NCBI RefSeq assembly: GCF_000142905.1
Contig: NW_013657656.1
Location: forward strand, 52,327-116,326
Reading direction: 5' to 3'
From: Thecamonas trahens ATCC 50062
Taxonomy: Eukaryota > Protista > Apusomonadida
DNA: 64,000 nt
Each line of letters starts with the position of its first letter. Positions within the stretch are counted from its first letter, which is position 1. The notes under the pieces are model-generated. The model did not search any database, had not been told where the DNA came from, and saw only the letters and a list, made by a program, of their open reading frames with translations. Positions 11,601-20,600 of the stretch are shown here, one piece after another. A program made the translations under genes and the position numbers.

Positions 11601-14600
11601 GGACCGCGCGGTTTTCCGCATCGCCGTCAGCACTCGTCACTGTCATACGCACCGTCACCCGCTCGACCAACTGCACCTCATCGCTCGAGTCACCACCGAC
11701 AAGCTCTGAAGACCGCGCACGCGCGTGCGCACGCATCATGTCCTGGAACACTTCCGAGGCACTCCGTGGGTCCGCGGCCTCGTCGTCCGACGACATCCCG
11801 CTGTCATCGCCAGACTCGCCGCCCTCACCCACCTTTGATCCCACCACGCTCGTCTCGAGGTACCCGACCCCGGCCAGCACCGCGCGGAGCAGCGGCGTGA
11901 GCCCAGTCTCCAGCGATCGTCCAAAGCCATGGACCAGCAGCGCCCGGCCAGACACCATCGCTTCGGTCACAACGTGGTCCACATACGGCGACGAGACATG
12001 CACCTCGCGGAGATCATGGTCGCCCTCAAGCTCTCGCAGCGCAGGCACGCCCAAGTTGTCAGGATCCACAAGCACTGGCGTCACCGCAGAGTACACCGTC
12101 TCACGGAGCGCCCCGAGCAGCCACCGCCCACTTGCTCCACACGACCGCACAAACGCCGTCTCGGCAACAGGCAGTCGCTGCAAGAGCGCAGATGGTGGCA
12201 GTGCCGCGATCTCGTCTTCGCCTCCAAACCCGCTCCCGCGCGAACCGCGAGCCTCGCAGTACACCAGCGGCCGCGGCAGCGTCTTCTCTGCCAAGGGCGC
12301 AGGCATGCTTCCCAGTCGCTCCTCGAGCGAAGACGAGACTAGAAGCGTCGTCGATACCACCGACTCCAGAGCAGCAGCTTCACCTGCCCGCCCAAACACC
12401 GCCTGTGCCGCGGAGACCACCGCATCGCCAAGTAGCGTCGCCTCCCGCGCCGACATCTCGACCTGGACTGCAGACAGCGCCTCCGCCATTGGCGCCACGG
12501 ACGCCATAGACGACGTCATCAGCTGTAGCTCTTCCATCGACGAGCTCACAGAGGCTTGTAGCGAGCTCTTCGACAGCTTGGCCTTCTGCGACTTGAGTCG
12601 CTGCAGCCGCCCGCCGAGATGCTTAGCCTTCTCCTGCGCGTCATCCAGAGCATCTTGTGCGTCCTTGATTGTCCGATCGAGCTCGTCGATCGTCGCCTGC
12701 TGAACCCGCAGCTTGGCATGTGTGATGGCCACCTCGTGAACGGCTTGGACCCATCCGCAAAGGTCACCACCCAGTGGTGGTGACGCCGCAGCCACTTCGC
12801 TCAGCACCACGCCATCGTGGGCTAGCATCCGCTTCAGCGCACTCCGCATGTTGTCAGTCATGCTCGCGGGCTCGTACGTCCGCGCCCACTCCAGGAACGC
12901 CGGCGCGTTTGCCTCGCCAAGGAGCTCCATCACGTCCTTCCAATTGGGACTCTCCACGCCCGTGAGCATGGTGATAGCCTCCATAGTAAAGACCAGCCCA
13001 TCAAACGGCTTGTGCACACTGGCGAGATCGCTCACGTCTTCCGCCCGCGCAAGGCGCAGCCGGTCGCGATACTTGTCAAGCACAGGCATGACCTCGCCCA
13101 GCTTCGCCGCCATGTATGCCTCTTGTGCGTCGCGGGACTGCCGCGCCGTCATGAGCGTGCCCTCGGCCTCAGTCATCTCGCCCCGCGCTCCGGCAAGCCG
13201 CGTCTCGGTCTCGACAATGAGCCCGGTGAGCTCCTCAGCCTCTTCAAGCTGCGCCTGGACCTGAGGTTCAAACCGTGCCACGTCGTTGCGGATCTCTTGC
13301 AGACGCTCACCCGCCGCTTGCAGCGTATTGAGCGCACTCTGAGCCCTCGACGCCGTCAGCCCAGTGTACGTCTTGGCGTCGCAGTAGAGCGTGAGCGCGA
13401 GTCGGATCAGCCGCGCCACGCTCACAACCACAGACCCAGATTCGAGCCGCCGGCAGACGTCCAGGGCCACACTCGCCACGCCACTCACGCTGCTTGCCGG
13501 CAGCGGCAACTGCGCCGTGAGGTCCTTCACCACATTCAGCGCATACGTCTCGTTGTCGCGAACCTCGCCGAGACTAACCACGCGCCGCACCACTCCGGCC
13601 CGCCCAGCAGCCACAAACGCCTCGCGCCACACCGAGCCGGTGCACGAGCTCCGCGGCCGCGCCAGCATCTCCACTGCCATCTGCTCTGTCCCTTCCACAA
13701 CAACCCGCAAGTGCTGCCGGACACTTGCATTGAACTGCGCGACGAGGACGCCAAAGGCCAAAGGCTCGTTGGCCTCGCGGCTGTTGCTGAGCGCGTCAGC
13801 CGACGCCCGCCCGCTGCTCCGCCGCGTGCCCACCAGCTGGCGAAACTCGGCTTGGGAAAACGGCGTAACCAGCGCACCACTACTGGATGGTGAAAGCAGC
13901 AGCGAGAGCACGCAAAGTGCCATCGATTCCTCATCCGCGCGCGGCGCGAGTACACGCTCAAGCACCGCAGCAGGCACATACACCGTAACCCGATTGCCCT
14001 CAATGCCACTCGCAATGTAGCAGAGCTTCAGCCGCTGCTCCAGATCCCCAAGCTCTGCGCCCGAGATCTCGATCAGCTTCGACTTGTGCATGCCTGCCAC
14101 AGCCCGCGAGAGCGCGAGCCCACTCGATTGCGGCCCGCGGAGGACAACCAGAGCGCCAGAGCTCCGCGGGCCAAACAGCGCCAGGCCCAGCTGCGCGAGG
14201 TCCCCGGGGTGCATCGCCGAGCCCGAGAGTTCGCCCTCAAGTAGACTGCGTCTCACATCCATGGCTTGGTGCTCGGCTGGAGTCATTGTCCCCAGTACCG
14301 CCTGCGCGCGGGTTAGCGAGCTCGAAGCCGTTCGGCCCGACGCCACCATGGGTGCCCCGATGCGCTCTTCTTCGCGCGAGGCGAAAACAAGCCACGGAAG
14401 TGCAAGCTGTGCCAGCCGCGGCTCGCGCACCGTTGGCACCGACATCGCAAACGCCTTGGTCGTCACCATCTTGACCTTGCCACTCACCGAGTGTGCACGG
14501 AAAACAAGGCCGCCGTCGTCGTCCGACACCTCTGGGAGCTCGACCGCAAGGCCCTCGTCATCCATCAGCGCCTTCAGCCGAAGGTTGAGCGCGGCACCAA

Positions 14601-17600
14601 GGACTGAGGTCTCACCCAGAGGCGCCACATACACCAGCCGCATCGCTTCGGCCCACCAAAGCGTTGCCAGCTCCGGAGTAACAAGCCCGGTCTCCAGCTC
14701 ACCAAGGCTCTCCATGACTGCGACGGCCGCGCCCAGCGAGGCTGCAAACTGACTCGGCCACGCAGATGACGCCAACTTGGTCGCGGCAAACAGCCGCAGC
14801 TCGGCCGTCACACGCGCAAGCTTCGTGGCAATCTCGGCGTACTCGGGGTCCATCTCGCGCGGCTCGTCGCTTGCGTCTTTGTCGTCATCATCGTGCGAGA
14901 GCCTCGCCAGCGCAGCAGCGGCACGAACCTCAAGAATCCCCTCGATCGCCGCAGGGCTACTCAGCGTCGAAACGACAGCCATGCTACCATAGAGCCGCTC
15001 GAGGACAAGCGCCCACTCGCGCGACGCTGCCGAGCCGCACTCGTCCACCACAACCGCAAACTGGACTCCACAAAGCGTCAGCCTATGTCCGTCTTCCCAC
15101 GCCGCCCGGACAGCTGTTGATGTCGCCTGCGAGACCCGCCGGTCGTCACCAAGCATCGTGCCCGGAATGTATGACGCCGTCTCGAGCAGCTCACCATGTG
15201 GAAAGGCAGCGCCTGGTGCCTTGCCCGAGCCGAGAAGCGGCTGCGCGGAAGTCGTGCCATTGGCGGCGAGCTTGGTAACCAGGCGCAAGACGCGAATGGC
15301 CTCGGCTTCAAGGTATGCCGAGCCGCTAAAGCCCGCGCTCGGCACACCGTCAACGACAACCAGCAGTCGAGTCCCAGGCGCCGTACCCATCATGCTCGAA
15401 GTGTACTGCATCAAGTGCGTCTCCAGCACGCCCAGCAGCCGCTCCGACCACTGCGGCTCGGTCAGGCTCACCCGGATGAGCTGAGCGTCGTCTCGCCGCA
15501 GCACGTACTGCTCAAGAAGCCAGCCCTTGGACGACGCTTGTGGACCACGTAGGACAATCGAGGACGAGTGGTCAAGCGCCAGTGCACTCCACTCAAACGC
15601 GCACATCAACGGCGCGTCCCAGTACGACGGCGTCGGCGAGCTCTCACACAGGGGATCAAGCACTTGCTCTTCCGGTGGCGTACAGACACTCCCGTCGTTA
15701 CCCATAAAAGCATCGGCGAGAGTGGTGCCTGCTGGCAAGCTGCCAACCAGCCGTGAGACGAGCGAACGGTGCCAGATGCCCATGAACTCGGTGGCACCAG
15801 CGGGCAGGAGGCTGGAGACTGCCCGGAAGAGTGCAAAGCCAAAGAGCGCGTCGAGTGCTGCCGGACTTGTCGACGGAAGGATGAGCGTGCGGAGCCAAAG
15901 CAGGATTGCGTCAGCAACAACCTGCAGCGGCAGCGCACCCTCAGGCAGCTGGCTCACCGGCATTGTCAGGTACCGGGTTTGGATCCGCAGCTGCGCCGTC
16001 TTGTCGTTGCCTTCGGCCGCTGCAAACGACCGAGTGGGAGAGCTTGGGGCCGAGTCTGCCCCGCCGGCCGCATCAGCCATCTTGAGCATGGCCGCGGCAT
16101 AGGCCGCAAGGCTCGCCGAGACAAAGTTGCCCAGCTCGTGGACGTATTCCTCCCGCGTGGGGTTGAGGTGCAGCGAAGTGACCCAATCTGCAAAGGCTTG
16201 CTGCCAGAGCCAAGCACCTCCCGAGGCGCCGATGCCGACACGGACAACGGGCGCTGCTGCCAGCAGCTTGTGCGGCGTAAACTGTCGGTCGTTGACAATC
16301 ACAATCAGCCGGAGGTTGGCAGGGAGATAGAGCGACTCGCCGTTGCCCCAGGTGATTCGCGCGGGAGACACCAGCTGCGGGAGCACAACTCGTGACGGCT
16401 GGGCCGCTGCTGCTGTTGCCAAAGCCACATGCGATGGCCGCTGCGACTGGTTTCCGGCCGAGTCTGGCACTCCCATACTGAACGAGCTGTCCAAATCAGG
16501 CGCGTCCGTCATGCTTCTGTGGTTGAGCTGGACCATGGCTGGCGCGAGAATGTCGGCGGCCACAGCTGGCGGCACGTTGTGGAGGACAACCCAGAACAGC
16601 TTGGCAGGCTCAAGCTCGGCCTTGGTCGCCAGGGCACCCAGGACCACTGCAAGCTGACCAGGCACCCAGTACGGCGCACCAGTAGGAGGAATGACGTATT
16701 GGCCGACGAGCTGGGCGCGTGTGAGCGTGTCAAAGTCATGGCGTTCGTGATGAACCTTGGCCGGCCCGAGCGCAACCTTGGGCATGGCGGCGAGCAGAGC
16801 CTGCGGCGTGTCAGACGCCGACAGCAGCGATGCTGCCGTTGCCCACGGCAGCGAGTCGACCGCTGCCGCCGTCGCCTCGGACGTCATCATCGCGAGGTAC
16901 GCATCGGCGCCGTCGTTCATCATGGCCGCAAGGAGCTCAGCGCAGCCGTCAACAACGCGCTCGGTGTCAGGCCGGGCGGCACAGATGACGCCGTTGGAGA
17001 GTGCCAGCAGTGGGAAGAGCTCGAGCGCGAGGAGGACATACGGGTGCTTGCGGACCCGCCCTGCGTCGTCAGCGCCGAGCTGCTCAGCGAGCTTGGTCGC
17101 CACCGATCGGCGAAGCGCCGCAGGCGGAGGCAGCGCGTGGGTCTTGCGGACAAAGACCTGCTCGGTGAGGCTGAGAGCCCGCGAAAAGGCCGAGTCACTC
17201 AGACTCGCCTTGAACACCGTAGTGATGGCGACAAGAACAACAATCGACTCCTTGGTCAGCTGGACCCGCGCCCGGAGGGTAGCCGCTAGATCGACGACCT
17301 TGAGGACAAAGCCGAGTCCATACGAGGCCACGCTCGCTGGGTCATCGGCGTTCGCCTCGGCTTCCATGAGGTTGTTGAGGACAAAGAGTGAAGAGGCGAG
17401 CGACTTGGCGCCACGGAAGCCCTGCGAGTAGAGCGCAGCCTCAAGAAGGAAGAGCATGTCCGGAACGGCGGTGTGCGAGATTTCAAACGCGGAGCGAAGA
17501 CATGCTGGCAGGTTCGCAACCATGGCACCGGTCGCGGTGGCACTCGAGCCCAGTGGCGGCGAGCAGGTGAGCGCAAGACCGGCAGTCGGCATCATGCGGA

Positions 17601-20600
17601 GCTCCCGGCCAAGGAGCATGAATGATCGCGGCTCGCCGACTGTGGCCAGCGATTCGGCACCAAGCGCAATCGAGCGCGAGAGCGTCACCGCGGCCGCTGA
17701 AAGGAGCGAGAGCGCCGGTAGCGGCAGCGACGAAGCATGCCTGACCACGCCCCACAGGCCACCGGCGGCGACGCCGCGGAGGAATGCTGCAACAGGCGCA
17801 AAGGCCACCATCGGCGAGGCCGAGGCAGGAGGCTCGACCGCGCTCAGCGGCGAAGCGTCGAGGACGACGAGCCGGCGACCGGCGACAAGCGCGAGCTCGC
17901 GCAGCGTCTCAGACTTACCGGACGACGCCGGCCCGGCAAGGCCCAGCGCCGAGCCAGAGGCGAACCAGCGGGCAGTCGTACCGAGCGTGCCGAGCGCTGC
18001 CGAGTTGGCCATCGGGTAACGAACGAGAGCGTGATACTCGTAGCCGTAGCTCAGCTCTGCGTCCTGAATGCGGATGAGCGGCATGGCCAGGGCCGGGTCC
18101 CAGTAGGCACGCAGTTGGGTTGTCCACTGGACAGCGTGGATGGAGCCAACGTCGTCGGTGATGAGCGCGCGGAGGAGCTCGAGCCGGTGCATGTCGGCAA
18201 CCATGTAGTTGGCGATGGTGATGGCGTGGTGCTGGGCGAGAGCGGGCGAGGAGCGAATCTCGGCCCAGGTGACCAGCTGCTGGCGGTAGGTTTGGAGGAG
18301 GCGGGCAAGGGTCGGCTTGACCGGCCCGCTACGGAGCGACGAGTTTCGCTTGCCGGTCTCGGCGGCCGAGTCCTGCACTGCGGCGCCAGAATCGCCGCCA
18401 TCGCCGCCACTCCCGATGACCCCAGCGCCGAGCGCAGTCTCGACCTGTTCGGTAAACTTGATGTTGGCGACGAGGAGGATGGCCTGCGAGGGAGCCTTGA
18501 AAACCCAGTCGTGGCAAAGGAACTTGTCAAAGCTGGCCAGCGCCGACTTGACGTGGGCAGCCAGGACCTTGGACGAGGCCTCAAGCGCGTCGGCGAGCCA
18601 GGTGTGAGGCGGGCCAAACGTCTGCAGCGGGCGGCCAAACTTGAGCCGTTCGGCCATGCCCGAGTCGAGTGCGATGAGCTCGACGGCAGCCGACTCTGAC
18701 GACGAGGTCTGGAACGAGAGGCCGGGGCCGACAATGGCCGACATGAGCGGGATAGAGCGGACAAGGGCACGCGGGCGCTCAGCGAGCGCGTACAAGTGTG
18801 CGAGCTGGGTGTTGGAGAGGAGGTAGAAGCGCGGAAAGTCTGCGCGGCGGGCATCGAGCCAGGCTGCAAGGCCGCGAAAGGCGAGCTCTAGCGAAGCGCG
18901 CGAGTCGACAAGGTGCTGGGTGAGGCCCGGCGCAGCGCAGGCCTCGTGGAGTGAGCTGGCCTTTGCGGCGGCGCGCATGGTCATGCGGAAACGACGGTCG
19001 ACAAGCTTGAACTTTGCGGCGACCGAGGGCAGAGCCTCGGAAATGGAGGTCGACGACGAGAAGAGCGGCTCCATGAACCGCCACAGACTCTGCAGCGTCT
19101 CCCACTCGGCGAGAAGTGCCGAGTGAGAGAGGAGGCGCAGGCGGATGGCTTCGACCTGGCTCTGCATACCTGACACGTACTTGGACGAGAGCATGCGCGA
19201 AAGCTCGAGCTGGTCGGCCTCGAGGAGGGCGAGCAGGTCGCCAAGCGGAGCGAGAAGGTACATGCCCTTGCGGACCGTTCGGCCGTCCGGCGAGTACGGG
19301 ACGGTCGGTAGCTGGGTGGAGGCCCAGGTGGAGGCGACGTTCTCGAGTGCGGCATCGATCTCGGCCTCGCCGGTGGCAATGTCAGAGACCTGGAAGACAA
19401 GGTCCGAGTGAGCGACGACGTCGAGGGACAGGAGCTGCGGAAGAGTGAACGACGACGACATGTGCTCGTACGACTCACCGAGAGCAGCAAAAATCTGGAT
19501 CCAGTGGCGCGGCTGCATGGCCGGATTGGCGAGCTCGAGCAAGGTCGGCATGGCAGACGCCAGTTTGGCCACCTTGGAGGCGATGGCAGCGAGGACCGGA
19601 TGATGCGGAAGTGTCGCCTGCGCCTCGGCAATGCGGGCTTCGAGCTCGCGGACCGGCTGCTCGAGCGAAGCCTCGGCGAGCGAGACAAACGGTGTCGACG
19701 AAAACGAGAGCTCGAGAGCGGCCCAGTCGCCTGAGAGCTTCCAAACGGCGGCGAGCGCGTCGAGCTGTGAGGTGAGATCGCCAAGCTCAAGAACTGGCGA
19801 CGGCGGCATGCCAAGTGCGTCGAGGTACTCGGCATACTCGGTCGCATGGTCTCCGATGGAGGCGAGCTGCTCGCGGAGCGAGTCGAGCTCAGCGACAAGG
19901 GTGGCCGGCGTAGCGGTGAGCGAGGCAAAATGTGGCGCCTTGAGCGCCTGCGCAACCGAGGAGATGGATGCAGCAAGCGCATCGACGTGAGTCTTGAGCA
20001 CACCGGCGTACTGGAAGAAGAGCTCTGACTTTGTGTTCCCAGCCTCTGCCACGACAGAGAGAAACTGCGAGAAGAGCGAATGGACCATCGAGTGGTCCGA
20101 GGCGGTGTCGGACGGGAGGAGGACGTCATGCTCGAGGAGCAGGTCCTTGGCGGCGTCAATCGAGTCGAGCAGCATTCGGGTCGCCTCCTTCTCGTCGGGT
20201 ACGGTGGCAAGAAACTGGGCAAAGCGCACATACTCGGTGAGCGAGTGCGGCGAGCCACGGGCTTTGTATATGTTAGCCTCGAGGCGGGTTGAGAGGGTGT
20301 CGATGCGAGCGGCGACAATGCGGGTGAGAAGGTCGAGAACCTCGGCCTTGCACTCGATGGGGATGGGCGCGAGGTTCTCGCGGAGGCTCTTGGAGTCGAC
20401 GAGGAGCATGCCGCGTGACGAAGCGGTGTGGAGAGCCGAGACCATAGCGTCCCACTTGGTAAGCTTGGTAAGGTCTGCGCGGATAGCGGCGAGGTCGAGC
20501 GGGGCCTGCAGGGCGTCCGGCTCCAACCAGGGTGCGGCGTAGTCGCTCGCCGACCAGGAGACACCAAAACTGTGGACAGGCGCAACCACCGAGAACAACT

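Noticed and set aside
10712-12703. Long antisense or alternative-frame ORFs (also 18981-20726, 30558-32276, 47046-48866, 48924-51368)
   Set aside because: Shadow ORFs expected from high GC3 codon bias; Ser/Arg/Pro-rich with no recognisable domains.
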